64,000 nucleotides of DNA, taken from NCBI RefSeq assembly GCF_056746865.1, contig NZ_CM163382.1, one strand, 5' to 3'. Each line of letters opens with the position of its first letter. Within the stretch, counting starts at the first letter, position 1. Positions 42,210-56,392 of the stretch are shown here, in pieces. The translations under genes were made by a program, and so were the position numbers. The notes beneath the pieces were generated by a model, which searched no databases, was not told the DNA's origin, and worked only from the letters and a program-made list of their open reading frames with translations.

Positions 42210-43103
42210 TCACCTGAGAGCATTCAGCAGATGAATACGAAAGTTACGCGCAGCCGGACTTTGTTCATGGTGTTTCGGCCAGACCAACCACATTTCAGAA
42301 ACCGCATCCTCTTCAGCAATCGGCACCCAGCGCATTTCGTTGAGCTGAACACGTTTAAATGACGCAGGCAAAATTGAAACACCCAGACCAGCGGAAACCA
42401 GACCGATGATGGTCATTGCCTCACCCACCTCCTGAGTGATGACGGGCGTCAAATTGTAACGTCGCATCAGCCCGAGAATATCGTCATACAGCCCTGTCCC
42501 TACGTGCGGATCAAAAAAGACAAAGGGTTCTTTCGCCAGTTCAGCCAGCGTTACACTCGGGTTATTTGCCAGGGGATGATCGTGCGGGATCATCGCCATA
42601 AGCGGTTCATGGACGATGACTGCGTGTTCAAGCGTCTCCGGTAACGCTGTGTTACGCAGCAATCCCATATCCAGCGTTCCTTCAATGAGCGGAGCGATTT
42701 GCTCGCGAGTGTTCATTTCGCGGGTTTGTAAATGGACATCGGGATAATCACGGCGAAACAGCGATAACGTATCGGACACCGCCCGAATAAAAGGAGCGGA
42801 CGAAGTAAAACCAATGCGCAACTCCCCCGCTTCGCCCTGATGCAGCCTTTCAGCGCGAGCGGCAGCATCATCCACCATAGACAAGATTTGCCGACTATCT
42901 ACAAGAAACTGTTTTCCTGCTGCCGTCAGCAATACACTGCGATTGGTCCGTGCCAGCAGTCGGGCACCAATTTGTTGCTCCAGCGCCTGAATCTGTTGAC
43001 TTAGCGGTGGTTGCGAAATATTCAGGCGGGCAGCGGCGCGCCCGAAATGCAGCTCTTCTGCAACCGCAACAAAGTAACGCAGATGACGAAGTTCAATATT
43101 CAT
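42210..43103 (-). CDS. ynfL: LysR-family transcriptional regulator
   Basis: 297-aa ORF with an N-terminal HTH (MNIELRHLRYFVAVAEELHFGRAAARLNISQPPLSQQIQALE); divergent from ynfM. Confidence 0.88.
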   Translation of the reverse strand: MNIELRHLRYFVAVAEELHFGRAAARLNISQPPLSQQIQALEQQIGARLLARTNRSVLLTAAGKQFLVDSRQILSMVDDAAARAERLHQGEAGELRIGFTSSAPFIRAVSDTLSLFRRDYPDVHLQTREMNTREQIAPLIEGTLDMGLLRNTALPETLEHAVIVHEPLMAMIPHDHPLANNPSVTLAELAKEPFVFFDPHVGTGLYDDILGLMRRYNLTPVITQEVGEAMTIIGLVSAGLGVSILPASFKRVQLNEMRWVPIAEEDAVSEMWLVWPKHHEQSPAARNFRIHLLNALR

Positions 43104-43209
43104 ATTTAAAACATCTTATTTGAGATTATTAATATATTAGACAGAACAATTCGATTTTCCTAATCTATTCATAAGCCTGATCCACAGGCATATTTAGCAA
43201 GGATTTCAA

Positions 43210-44463
43210 GTGAGCCGTACTACAACTGTTGATGGAGCTCCGGCAAGCGACACTGACAAGCAAAGCATTTCTCAGCCAAATCAATTTATTAAACGCGGTA
43301 CGCCGCAATTTATGCGTGTCACCCTGGCGCTTTTCTCTGCCGGACTGGCAACCTTCGCACTTCTCTATTGTGTGCAACCTATCCTTCCGGTGCTTTCGCA
43401 GGAGTTTGGCTTAACGCCTGCTAACAGTAGTATTTCACTGTCCATTTCAACGGCGATGTTGGCTATCGGTTTGCTGTTTACTGGCCCGCTATCCGATGCC
43501 ATTGGTCGCAAACCAGTGATGGTCACGGCGCTACTGTTGGCCTCCATTTGTACGTTACTTTCGACAATGATGACCAGCTGGCACGGCATTTTGATTATGC
43601 GCGCCTTGATTGGGCTTTCGTTAAGTGGCGTGGCAGCTGTTGGCATGACTTATCTTAGCGAGGAAATCCACCCCAGTTTCGTGGCCTTTTCGATGGGGTT
43701 GTATATCAGCGGCAACTCAATTGGCGGCATGAGCGGACGCTTAATTAGCGGTGTCTTCACGGACTTTTTCAACTGGCGAATTGCGCTGGCGGCAATCGGT
43801 TGTTTCGCGCTGGCCTCGGCGTTAATGTTCTGGAAAATCCTCCCTGAATCACGCCATTTTCGCCCGACTTCGCTGCGACCTAAGACGTTGTTTATCAACT
43901 TTCGTCTGCACTGGCGTGACCGGGGATTACCGTTATTGTTCGCAGAAGGCTTTTTGCTGATGGGGTCGTTCGTCACGCTGTTTAATTACATCGGCTATCG
44001 GTTGATGCTCTCCCCCTGGCATGTCAGCCAGGCCGTGGTTGGCTTATTATCGCTGGCTTATTTGACCGGTACATGGAGCTCACCCAAAGCCGGAACAATG
44101 ACCACCCGCTATGGGCGCGGTCCGGTGATGTTGTTTTCGACGGGGGTTATGCTGTTTGGTTTACTGATGACCTTATTTAGCTCGCTGTGGCTGATCTTTG
44201 CCGGAATGTTATTCTTCTCAGCCGGATTCTTCGCAGCCCACTCCGTTGCCAGCAGCTGGATCGGCCCCCGCGCAAAACGCGCTAAAGGCCAGGCCTCCTC
44301 GCTGTATCTGTTCAGTTACTATCTGGGGTCGAGTATTGCCGGGACGCTGGGTGGTGTTTTCTGGCATAACTATGGCTGGAACGGCGTCGGCGCATTTATT
44401 GCTCTGATGCTGGTCATTGCTCTGCTGGTCGGGACGCGTTTGCATCGTCGTCTGCACGCCTGA
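43210..44463 (+). CDS. ynfM: MFS transporter
   Basis: 417-aa ORF with multiple TM segments; divergent from ynfL. Confidence 0.88.
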   Translation: MSRTTTVDGAPASDTDKQSISQPNQFIKRGTPQFMRVTLALFSAGLATFALLYCVQPILPVLSQEFGLTPANSSISLSISTAMLAIGLLFTGPLSDAIGRKPVMVTALLLASICTLLSTMMTSWHGILIMRALIGLSLSGVAAVGMTYLSEEIHPSFVAFSMGLYISGNSIGGMSGRLISGVFTDFFNWRIALAAIGCFALASALMFWKILPESRHFRPTSLRPKTLFINFRLHWRDRGLPLLFAEGFLLMGSFVTLFNYIGYRLMLSPWHVSQAVVGLLSLAYLTGTWSSPKAGTMTTRYGRGPVMLFSTGVMLFGLLMTLFSSLWLIFAGMLFFSAGFFAAHSVASSWIGPRAKRAKGQASSLYLFSYYLGSSIAGTLGGVFWHNYGWNGVGAFIALMLVIALLVGTRLHRRLHA

Positions 44464-44465
44464 AA

Positions 44466-44505
44466 AATAAGTCCGGACTGCGGTAAATACCCATCCGGAC
44501 TTATT
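44466..44505 (+). other. 12-bp perfect inverted repeat (stem-loop) immediately downstream of ynfM
   Basis: AATAAGTCCGGA (44466-44477) pairs with TCCGGACTTATT (44494-44505) around a 16-nt loop; no U-tract follows. Confidence 0.5.
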
Positions 44506-44886
44506 GCCTGCTCAAACCAACGTTAATAGCCATCCTAAAATAGACGAAGCGCCAGCCAATTCCCGCAGCGCATCTAGCGTCATCAGGACTATAAGTACCC
44601 AAATAAACGGATTCATTTTGCTGTGTGTCATTTATTACTGATGCGCAGTTATTCTACCGCTTTGTAAGTAGTAAAATAGTTAACCTGATCAAGACTACTA
44701 TTATTGGTAGCTAAATTTCCCTTAAGTCACAATACGTTATTATCAACGCTGTAATTTATTCAGCGTTTGTACATATCGTTACACGCTGAAACCAACCACT
44801 CACGGAAGTCTGCCATTCCCAGGGATATAGTTATTTCAACGGCCCCGCAGTGGGGTTAAATGAAAAAACAAATTGAGGGTATGACA

Positions 44887-45195
44887 ATGAAAAAAGTATT
44901 AGCTCTGGTTGTTGCCGCTGCTATGGGTCTGTCTTCTGCCGCCTTTGCTGCAGAGACTGCGACCACACCTGCTCCGACTGCGACGACCACCAAAGCAGCG
45001 CCTGCGAAAACCACACATCATAAAAAACAGCATAAAGCAGCACCTGCCCAGAAAGCGCAGGCGGCTAAAAAGCATCATAAAAATGCGAAAACTGAACAGA
45101 AAGCCCCTGAACAAAAAGCGCAGGCAGCGAAGAAACACGCCAAGAAACACAGCCATCAGCAACCGGCAAAACCTGCTGCACAACCCGCAGCGTAA
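44887..45195 (+). CDS. asr: acid shock protein Asr (periplasmic, Lys/Ala/His-rich)
   Basis: Start at [21 protein letters not shown] (signal peptide); 102 aa; low-complexity repeats [10 protein letters not shown] / [12 protein letters not shown]. Confidence 0.9.
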   Translation: MKKVLALVVAAAMGLSSAAFAAETATTPAPTATTTKAAPAKTTHHKKQHKAAPAQKAQAAKKHHKNAKTEQKAPEQKAQAAKKHAKKHSHQQPAKPAAQPAA

Positions 45196-45287
45196 GTTTT
45201 CAACAGTAATACTGGCGCGCCCCCTCGCGCCTGAAAATTACGGTGCTAAGCGGGTAACGTTTAGCACCGCCTTTAGCGGAGGGTAGT

Positions 45288-45371
45288 ATGGTGGGCCGTT
45301 ATCGCTTTGAGTTCATTCTTATCATCCTTATTTTATGCGCACTGATTGCCACCCGTTTTTATCTTTCCTGA
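45288..45371 (+). CDS. ydgU: small membrane protein YdgU (27 aa)
   Basis: ORF MVGRYRFEFILIILILCALIATRFYLS with a single hydrophobic helix, between asr and ydgD. Confidence 0.6.
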   Translation: MVGRYRFEFILIILILCALIATRFYLS

Positions 45372-45470
45372 TCGTAGTTATCTGATTTTACTCCCACTTT
45401 CATCCCGTCCCGTCTATAGTATTTATGAGGGTTTGCTTTTAATAATCATAATTACCCACCAGAGTGTGAT

Positions 45471-46292
45471 ATGCGTACAACCATTGCTGTAGTGTTGGGT
45501 GCAATTAGTTTGACGTCTGCTTTTGTGTTTGCAGATAAACCAGACGTTGCCAAATCGGCAAACGATGAGGTCAGCACCCTGTTTTTTGGTCATGATGATC
45601 GTGTGCCAGTGAATGACACGACCCAATCACCGTGGGATGCGGTTGGCCAACTGGAAACGGCCAGCGGCAATTTATGTACGGCGACGCTGATTGCACCCAA
45701 TCTGGCATTAACGGCAGGACACTGTTTATTGACGCCGCCAAAGGGTAAAGCCGATAAAGCGGTAGCGCTGCGTTTCGTGTCAAATAAAGGTCTTTGGCGC
45801 TATGAGATCCACGACATAGAAGGCCGCGTTGATCCGACACTGGGAAAGCGGTTAAAAGCAGATGGGGATGGTTGGATTGTTCCTCCCGCAGCTGCGCCGT
45901 GGGACTTCGGTTTGATTGTGCTACGTAATCCCCCTTCTGGCATTACACCGTTGCCGTTATTTGAGGGAGATAAAGCCGCGCTTACCGCCGCATTAAAATC
46001 GGCTGGCCGTAAAGTGACTCAGGCAGGATACCCTGAAGATCATCTCGATACGTTGTACAGTCATCAAAACTGTGAAGTGACTGGCTGGGCGCAAACGTCG
46101 GTGATGTCGCATCAGTGCGATACCTTGCCGGGTGACAGCGGTTCGCCTCTGATGTTGCATACCGATGACGGCTGGCAATTAATTGGGGTGCAAAGTTCGG
46201 CTCCTGCCGCGAAAGATCGCTGGCGCGCCGATAACCGGGCCATTTCTGTTACCGGTTTTCGCGACAGGCTGGATCAACTGTCGCAAAAATAA
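45471..46292 (+). CDS. ydgD: secreted trypsin-like serine protease
   Basis: 273 aa with a signal peptide; catalytic His (LTAGHC) and Ser (GDSGSPL) motifs. Confidence 0.9.
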   Translation: MRTTIAVVLGAISLTSAFVFADKPDVAKSANDEVSTLFFGHDDRVPVNDTTQSPWDAVGQLETASGNLCTATLIAPNLALTAGHCLLTPPKGKADKAVALRFVSNKGLWRYEIHDIEGRVDPTLGKRLKADGDGWIVPPAAAPWDFGLIVLRNPPSGITPLPLFEGDKAALTAALKSAGRKVTQAGYPEDHLDTLYSHQNCEVTGWAQTSVMSHQCDTLPGDSGSPLMLHTDDGWQLIGVQSSAPAAKDRWRADNRAISVTGFRDRLDQLSQK

Positions 46293-46330
46293 TGTTCAAA
46301 CGCTGCCCGACAGCGCGGGCAGCGTGTTCA

Positions 46331-46660
46331 TCAGGCAAGTTTCACCATGATCATTCCAGCCAACAGCAAGACCAGGCCAATCCAGCCTTTACGATTTAAC
46401 CGTTGACCAAACAAGATCCAACCTGCGGCTAACGTGGCGGCAATACCAAACCCGCCCCACAATGCATAAGCGACAGACAAGTCGATCCCTTTAACGGCCT
46501 GAGAAAGCGCACTAAAGGCAGCCAGCACCGCCGCCAGGGAGAGCAAGCCAAATATTTTGCGACGAAAGCCGTCAGAAAATTTCAAAAAGACGTTAGCAAC
46601 GATTTCCAGCACGATTGCCAATGCCAGCCAGGCGGCGTGAACCCATTCAAACTGCGCCAT
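46331..46660 (-). CDS. mdtI: SMR-family spermidine exporter subunit MdtI
   Basis: 109-aa ORF with four TM helices; overlaps the mdtJ 3' end. Confidence 0.92.
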
Positions 46661-47012
46661 GGTTCACCTCCAGTTCAGGTTTACGCGCTTTACGGGTACC
46701 TGATTTGATCAATACAATCCCGGCGACCAGGGTGGTTAACCCGGCAATTTTCATCAGCGATAAACTTTCGTCGAATAACAAAACACTAAACAAGGTAATA
46801 AATAAAATACCGATACCTTCCCACAGCGCATAAGCCACGCCTAAGGCGATCTTTTTAACGGCGAAAGAGAGAAATATATACGACAGAGAAATCATCACCA
46901 GCATTAAAATAAAGCCGCCATTTCCCTCACTGACGCTCGCCCATTTCATAGACAGCGTACCGGTAATTTCTGTAGCAATAGCCAGACCTAATAAAATCCA
47001 ATAAATATACAT
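46647..47012 (-). CDS. mdtJ: SMR-family spermidine exporter subunit MdtJ
   Basis: 121-aa ORF with four TM helices; 14-bp overlap with mdtI. Confidence 0.92.
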
Positions 47013-47423
47013 TGTCCTTCTCCTGCAAGAGAATTATTTTAATTTTCGCTTAATTCAGCGAAACCAAAGTAAAGTGGTCAAGCCCCGCGCATAGCGCAAG
47101 CTTTGGCAGAAGAAAGGACTAAAGCGCGTTGCGCCAGTGCTGCTCACCTACGAGCAAGATAGTGGATGAGGTACGAAGATGGGTAAATGTAGAAAATAAC
47201 GTCCTGAACAAATTGTCCATAATATTACAATTATCCGCAGTGTTGCTTCTCGTCATCGCGGATGATAATTGTCCTCGGTAGTTGAACACGCCTGATTTGT
47301 ATCATAGCTTAAGAATTAACTCAAAATATTTTCACTTCTTTACCTGAGCGGTTTGATTTTCGTTATGATGACGGAGCGAAATAGACATTATTATTAGCAA
47401 AGGAAGAAAAAACGGGGACAAGC

Positions 47424-48458
47424 ATGGCAAAGCCGATCATCACGCTCAATGGCCTAAAAATCGTCATTATGTTGGGAATGCTGGTCATTATTCTCTGCGG
47501 TATCCGTTTTGCCGCCGAGATCATCGTGCCGTTTATTCTCGCATTATTTATTGCTGTTATTCTTAACCCGCTGGTGCAACACATGGTCCGCTGGCGAGTG
47601 CCGCGTGTACTGGCGGTGTCGATTTTGATGACCATCATCGTGATGGCGATGGTGTTGCTGTTAGCTTATCTGGGTTCCGCACTCAACGAGTTGACGCGGA
47701 CGTTACCGCAATATCGCAACTCTATTATGACGCCGCTGCAAGCGCTTGAACCGTTGTTGCAACGCGTAGGGATTGACGTCTCAGTTGACCAGCTGGCGCA
47801 TTACATTGATCCGAACGCGGCGATGACGTTGCTCACCAACTTATTGACGCAGTTATCTAATGCCATGTCATCAATATTTTTATTGCTGCTGACGGTGCTG
47901 TTTATGCTGCTCGAAGTGCCACAATTGCCCGGAAAATTTCAGCAAATGATGGCGCGTCCGGTTGAAGGGATGGCGGCGATTCAGCGTGCGATTGACAGTG
48001 TGTCTCATTATCTGGTGCTGAAAACAGCCATCAGCATCATCACCGGCCTGGTCGCCTGGGCGATGCTCGCCGCACTCGATGTTCGCTTCGCTTTTGTCTG
48101 GGGATTGCTGGCCTTTGCGCTTAATTACATCCCGAATATTGGTTCAGTTCTCGCGGCAATCCCCCCTATCGCTCAGGTACTGGTGTTTAATGGCTTCTAC
48201 GAAGCGTTGTTCGTGCTGGCGGGATATCTGCTGATTAATCTGGTCTTCGGCAATATTCTGGAGCCACGCATCATGGGGCGTGGGCTGGGGCTTTCCACAT
48301 TGGTGGTATTTTTGTCGTTGATTTTTTGGGGATGGTTGTTAGGACCGGTGGGTATGCTGCTTTCCGTGCCGTTGACAATTATTGTCAAAATTGCGCTTGA
48401 ACAAACAGCGGGAGGTCAAAGCATCGCCGTTCTGTTAAGCGATCTCAATAAAGAGTGA
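47424..48458 (+). CDS. tqsA: AI-2 exporter family transporter TqsA
   Basis: 344-aa polytopic ORF (ydgG); synteny. Confidence 0.9.
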   Translation: MAKPIITLNGLKIVIMLGMLVIILCGIRFAAEIIVPFILALFIAVILNPLVQHMVRWRVPRVLAVSILMTIIVMAMVLLLAYLGSALNELTRTLPQYRNSIMTPLQALEPLLQRVGIDVSVDQLAHYIDPNAAMTLLTNLLTQLSNAMSSIFLLLLTVLFMLLEVPQLPGKFQQMMARPVEGMAAIQRAIDSVSHYLVLKTAISIITGLVAWAMLAALDVRFAFVWGLLAFALNYIPNIGSVLAAIPPIAQVLVFNGFYEALFVLAGYLLINLVFGNILEPRIMGRGLGLSTLVVFLSLIFWGWLLGPVGMLLSVPLTIIVKIALEQTAGGQSIAVLLSDLNKE

Positions 48459-48482
48459 CGGCCTCCGCAGAGGCCGTCAGGG
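48459..48482. terminator. bidirectional hairpin between tqsA and pntB
   Basis: GACGGCCTC-CGCA-GAGGCCGTC perfect inverted repeat between convergent genes. Confidence 0.6.
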
Positions 48483-49874
<1,392 letters not shown>

Positions 49875-49881
49875 TTACCCC

Positions 49882-51477
<1,596 letters not shown>

Positions 51478-51937
51478 TCATGTACGAGCTAAATGTTACT
51501 CCGTTAAAATAAATTAGTAACAAACGCCCTATAACGTACTGAAAATTATGCCTGTGATCTAGCGCCAAAAATCAGTATTTCGGCGTGAACTCGCAAAATA
51601 TTAACGATTCAGCCGTGATAGTGGGATAAACACCTTAGAACGCCGGATAAAGACTGATAATTGTCTTCGACGGTCAGGTAAAACGAGACATCGCCCCAGT
51701 ACGAATCACTACTTAACATTAAATTAACTTATACAATTCAGTTGCTTCAGTAGTATTGATGCTGATACGGCTGTTTTTTAAGCATAGACGGTCATTTGAG
51801 CAGGATTAAAATTGGTTTAAGGAATGTGATATGAAAAATGACGCAGACAGTTACACCGTTTAAATGCAATAATCAGCCACGTTTCTCGTTAATAACAATA
51901 CCAGTACCTGGTTTGCGCAAGGCGAAGGATTATTTTT

Positions 51938-52882
51938 ATGAAGCTTAAGAACACCCTCCTGGCGTCGGCACTGCTTTCTGCTACGGCATTCTCCGTTAAC
52001 GCAGCAACAGAACTGACACCGGAGCAAGCGGCAGCGGTTAAACCTTTTGACCGTGTAGTGGTTACCGGTCGTTTTAATGCTATTGGCGAAGCGGTGAAAG
52101 CCGTTTCTCGTCGCGCAGATAAAGAAGGTGCCGCCTCTTTTTATGTTGTCGACACTTCTGATTTTGGTAACAGCGGTAACTGGCGTGTGGTCGCTGACCT
52201 CTATAAAGCCGATGCTGAAAAAGCAGAAGAAACAAGTAATCGCGTAATTAACGGAGTTGTCGAACTGCCGAAAGATCAGGCCGTTCTGATTGAACCGTTT
52301 GACACGGTCACCGTCCAGGGCTTTTATCGTAGCCAGCCAGAAGTCAATGATGCCATCACCAAAGCGGCAAAAGCGAAAGGTGCCTACTCTTACTACATCG
52401 TTCGTCAAATCGATGCCAACCAGGGCGGCAACCAGCGTATTACTGCATTCATCTATAAAAAAGATGCGAAGAAACGTATCGTCCAGAGCCCGGACGTAAT
52501 CCCGGCAGATTCCGAAGCAGGACGTGCAGCTCTGGCTGCCGGTGGCGAAGCTGCGAAGAAAGTTGAGATCCCGGGTGTTGCGACTACCGCATCACCAAGC
52601 TCTGAAGTCGGTCGCTTCTTTGAAACCCAGTCATCAAAAGGCGGGCGTTACACTGTCACGCTTCCTGACGGCACTAAAGTCGAAGAACTGAACAAAGCGA
52701 CCGCAGCGATGATGGTCCCGTTCGACAGCATCAAATTCTCTGGCAACTACGGCAACATGACTGAAGTCTCCTATCAGGTTGCGAAACGTGCCGCGAAGAA
52801 AGGTGCTAAGTATTACCACATCACCCGCCAGTGGCAGGAACGTGGTAATAACCTGACCGTCAGCGCAGATCTGTATAAATAA
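51938..52882 (+). CDS. ydgH: periplasmic protein YdgH with three DUF1471 repeats
   Basis: 314 aa with a signal peptide; three internal repeats of about 90 aa, each ending ...YYxVxxxxxxxxxxxxxxxADLYK-like. Confidence 0.9.
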   Translation: MKLKNTLLASALLSATAFSVNAATELTPEQAAAVKPFDRVVVTGRFNAIGEAVKAVSRRADKEGAASFYVVDTSDFGNSGNWRVVADLYKADAEKAEETSNRVINGVVELPKDQAVLIEPFDTVTVQGFYRSQPEVNDAITKAAKAKGAYSYYIVRQIDANQGGNQRITAFIYKKDAKKRIVQSPDVIPADSEAGRAALAAGGEAAKKVEIPGVATTASPSSEVGRFFETQSSKGGRYTVTLPDGTKVEELNKATAAMMVPFDSIKFSGNYGNMTEVSYQVAKRAAKKGAKYYHITRQWQERGNNLTVSADLYK

Positions 52883-53067
52883 CTATTCAGTTACTCCTAT
52901 AAGGCGGCTTGATGCCGCCTTTCGCATTTTTAGTCACAAATTTCCCCGCGACCATTGCATGCAGACACATCTCTTCGTAAAATCCCGCGCTTCAGTGGCA
53001 AACTCCATTTTTATGCGTTTTGCCCTAATATTTATTCTTCTTATCACGTTTTAATCACTGGATATCG

Positions 53068-54450
53068 ATGGAAAAGAAACTGGGACTGAGCGCACTCACC
53101 GCGCTGGTATTAAGCTCAATGCTGGGCGCGGGTGTTTTCAGTCTGCCGCAAAATATGGCGGCAGTTGCCAGCCCGGCAGCACTGCTCATCGGCTGGGGTA
53201 TTACTGGCGCAGGCATTTTATTGCTGGCCTTTGCCATGCTGATCCTCACGCGCATTCGTCCCGAACTTGACGGCGGTATCTTTACCTATGCCCGCGAAGG
53301 GTTTGGCGAGCTAATCGGCTTTTGTTCCGCATGGGGATACTGGCTGTGCGCGGTCATCGCCAACGTCTCCTATCTGGTGATCGTTTTTTCCGCGTTAAGC
53401 TTTTTTACGGACACGCCGGAATTGCGCCTGTTTGGCGATGGTAATACCTGGCAATCGATCGTCGGTGCATCGGCTTTATTGTGGATTGTTCACTTTTTGA
53501 TCCTGCGCGGGGTGCAAACCGCTGCCAGCATTAACCTGGTGGCAACACTGGCAAAATTGTTGCCGCTGGGTCTGTTTGTTGTGCTGGCGATGATGATGTT
53601 CAAACTGGATACCTTCAAGCTCGACTTCACCGGACTTGCACTTGGCGTACCCGTTTGGGAACAGGTGAAAAACACCATGCTGATCACCCTGTGGGTTTTC
53701 ATTGGTGTGGAAGGTGCCGTGGTTGTTTCTGCGCGTGCGCGTAATAAACGTGATGTTGGCAAAGCGACACTGCTGGCGGTTCTCTCCGCTCTGGGCGTTT
53801 ACTTGCTGGTAACGCTGCTTTCGCTGGGCGTGGTGGCACGTCCTGAACTGGCTGAAATTCGTAACCCGTCAATGGCCGGTCTGATGGTGGAAATGATGGG
53901 ACCATGGGGCGAAATCATCATCGCTGCCGGTTTGATCGTTTCCGTTTGCGGCGCGTACTTAAGCTGGACCATCATGGCGGCAGAAGTTCCGTTCCTGGCA
54001 GCCACTCATAAAGCATTCCCGCGCATTTTTGCGCGCCAGAACGCACAAGCTGCGCCATCCGCTTCACTGTGGCTGACCAATATCTGCGTGCAAATTTGTC
54101 TGGTACTCATCTGGCTGACCGGTTCCGATTACAACACATTGCTGACCATCGCCTCAGAGATGATTCTGGTGCCCTATTTCCTGGTCGGCGCGTTCTTGCT
54201 GAAAATCGCAACCCGTCCACTGCATAAAGCGGTAGGTGTCGGTGCCTGCATTTATGGCTTATGGTTATTGTACGCCTCTGGTCCAATGCACTTGCTGTTA
54301 TCCGTTGTTCTGTATGCGCCGGGGCTGCTGGTTTTCCTGTATGCGCGTAAAACGCATACACATGATAATGTACTGAACCGTCAGGAAATGGTGCTGATTG
54401 GCATGCTGTTAATTGCCTCAGTTCCGGCGACCTGGATGCTGGTGGGATAA
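53068..54450 (+). CDS. ydgI: APC-family arginine:ornithine antiporter
   Basis: 460-aa polytopic ORF (also known as arcD); synteny. Confidence 0.9.
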   Translation: MEKKLGLSALTALVLSSMLGAGVFSLPQNMAAVASPAALLIGWGITGAGILLLAFAMLILTRIRPELDGGIFTYAREGFGELIGFCSAWGYWLCAVIANVSYLVIVFSALSFFTDTPELRLFGDGNTWQSIVGASALLWIVHFLILRGVQTAASINLVATLAKLLPLGLFVVLAMMMFKLDTFKLDFTGLALGVPVWEQVKNTMLITLWVFIGVEGAVVVSARARNKRDVGKATLLAVLSALGVYLLVTLLSLGVVARPELAEIRNPSMAGLMVEMMGPWGEIIIAAGLIVSVCGAYLSWTIMAAEVPFLAATHKAFPRIFARQNAQAAPSASLWLTNICVQICLVLIWLTGSDYNTLLTIASEMILVPYFLVGAFLLKIATRPLHKAVGVGACIYGLWLLYASGPMHLLLSVVLYAPGLLVFLYARKTHTHDNVLNRQEMVLIGMLLIASVPATWMLVG

Positions 54451-54486
54451 CGTTCATCCCATCGTTGGATAGCAAAGGAGATAACG

Positions 54487-55209
54487 ATGGGTAAAACCCA
54501 GCCCTTGCCAATATTAATTACTGGCGGAGGTCGTCGCATCGGCCTCGCACTCGCCTGGCATTTCATTAATCAAAAGCAACCGGTGATTGTCAGCTATCGG
54601 ACGCACTATCCAGCCATTGATGGACTAATTAAGGCAGGTGCGCAGTGTATTCAGGCTGATTTTTCGACCAACGACGGTGTGATGGCGTTTGCCGATGAAG
54701 TACTAAAAAGTACCCATGGTCTGCGTGCTATTTTGCATAACGCCAGCGCGTGGATGGCGGAAAAACCGGGTGCGCCACTGTCCGACGTACTGGCTTGCAT
54801 GATGCAGATCCACGTTAATACCCCATACCTGCTCAACCATGCGCTAGAAAGATTACTGCGTGGGCACGGACACGCCTCCAGCGATATCATTCACTTTACC
54901 GATTATGTGGTGGAGCGCGGTAGCGACAAACATATTGCCTATGCTGCAAGCAAAGCGGCACTGGATAATATGACTCGCTCGTTTGCCCGCAAGCTGGCAC
55001 CGGAAGTGAAAGTGAATTCTATTGCGCCATCGCTGATCCTGTTTAATGAACATGATGATGCCGAATATCGACAACAGGCGCTGAATAAATCACTGATGAA
55101 AACCGCGCCTGGCGAGAAAGAAGTGATCGACCTGGTCGATTACTTACTTACCAGCTGCTTTGTCACCGGACGCAGTTTCCCTCTTGATGGCGGTCGTCAT
55201 CTGCGTTAA
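54487..55209 (+). CDS. folM: dihydromonapterin reductase / alternative dihydrofolate reductase (SDR family)
   Basis: 240-aa ORF; Rossmann motif ITGGGRRIG; YAASK active-site motif. Confidence 0.92.
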   Translation: MGKTQPLPILITGGGRRIGLALAWHFINQKQPVIVSYRTHYPAIDGLIKAGAQCIQADFSTNDGVMAFADEVLKSTHGLRAILHNASAWMAEKPGAPLSDVLACMMQIHVNTPYLLNHALERLLRGHGHASSDIIHFTDYVVERGSDKHIAYAASKAALDNMTRSFARKLAPEVKVNSIAPSLILFNEHDDAEYRQQALNKSLMKTAPGEKEVIDLVDYLLTSCFVTGRSFPLDGGRHLR

Positions 55210-55541
55210 TGCAGCTTTATCCAGCATATAATCAACACCCATGCGCTTATCCCCCAACACGCAACAGAACCAACAAAAGCGGCGGGCAAGCGCATCATTC
55301 CGGTGAAATACCACAGCGACGCCAGGTAAACAAAATAGGGAATAATCGACCACATGCTAAAAATGATGGTTGCGCGTAAGGCTTCAATGCCGCGTTCGCT
55401 GGCAACAATATAATGCGCGATGAGCGCAAAGGTCGGGAAAAGTGGGATCAGCCCGGCGATATAATAATTTTTCGTTTTTGCTAAAACACCAATCAACAGC
55501 ACTACCAGCGCACCGAGCGCGGCTTTGATTACCAGCCCCAT
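55206..55541 (-). CDS. ydgC: GlpM-family inner membrane protein
   Basis: 111-aa hydrophobic ORF; its 3' end overlaps the folM stop by 4 bp. Confidence 0.85.
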   Translation of the reverse strand: MGLVIKAALGALVVLLIGVLAKTKNYYIAGLIPLFPTFALIAHYIVASERGIEALRATIIFSMWSIIPYFVYLASLWYFTGMMRLPAAFVGSVACWGISAWVLIICWIKLH

Positions 55542-55669
55542 CTTTTTACCTTAACACTTCCATAACAAGTCATCAGTAGAATACCTGATGAAAACTTGTT
55601 TAGAAACGATTGATAGTAAGTAAAAACAGCGCGGTGTATTGTGACGTTTTTATATCTACCGTGAATAAT

Positions 55670-56389
55670 ATGAACACTATCGTATTTGTGGAAGATGATG
55701 CGGAAGTCGGTTCACTGATTGCCGCGTACCTGGCAAAACATGATATGCAGGTTACCGTAGAGCCGCGCGGCGACCAGGCCGAAGAAACTATTCTGCGAGA
55801 AAATCCGGATTTGGTGTTACTCGACATCATGCTACCAGGCAAGGACGGCATGACCATTTGTCGTGATTTACGCGCAAAGTGGTCCGGACCGATTGTTCTT
55901 CTAACCTCTCTCGATAGCGATATGAACCACATCCTGGCACTGGAAATGGGTGCCTGCGACTATATTCTCAAAACGACGCCCCCTGCTGTTTTGTTAGCGC
56001 GTTTACGTTTGCATTTGCGTCAGAATGAGCAAGCCACGCTGACCAAAGGTCTTCAGGAAACGTCACTGACTCCCTACAAAGCCCTGCATTTCGGCACGTT
56101 GACCATCGATCCTATCAACCGCGTAGTCACCCTGGCTAACACTGAAATCTCGCTCTCGACAGCTGATTTCGAATTATTGTGGGAATTAGCTACCCATGCC
56201 GGGCAAATCATGGACCGCGATGCATTGCTGAAAAATTTACGCGGCGTCAGTTATGACGGACTGGATCGTAGCGTGGACGTGGCTATTTCGCGGTTAAGAA
56301 AAAAACTGCTCGATAACGCCGCAGAACCTTATCGCATTAAAACTGTGCGTAACAAAGGCTATCTTTTTGCGCCTCATGCATGGGAATAA
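55670..56389 (+). CDS. rstA: OmpR-family response regulator RstA
   Basis: Start at MNTIVFVEDD (239 aa); receiver domain plus winged-helix. Confidence 0.93.
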   Translation: MNTIVFVEDDAEVGSLIAAYLAKHDMQVTVEPRGDQAEETILRENPDLVLLDIMLPGKDGMTICRDLRAKWSGPIVLLTSLDSDMNHILALEMGACDYILKTTPPAVLLARLRLHLRQNEQATLTKGLQETSLTPYKALHFGTLTIDPINRVVTLANTEISLSTADFELLWELATHAGQIMDRDALLKNLRGVSYDGLDRSVDVAISRLRKKLLDNAAEPYRIKTVRNKGYLFAPHAWE

Positions 56390-56392
56390 GCG

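Noticed and set aside
44899-45286. Two ORFs (minus strand 44899..45183, 94 aa; plus strand 44909..45286, 125 aa) overlapping asr
   Set aside because: They arise from the low-complexity Lys/Ala/Gln-rich repeats of asr read in other frames or on the other strand (poly-R/L/F translations). They have no independent start context and are taken as artefacts.
51860-52408. 182-aa minus-strand ORF overlapping the 5' half of ydgH
   Set aside because: Antisense to a gene with a clear signal peptide and a three-repeat architecture; no support of its own.
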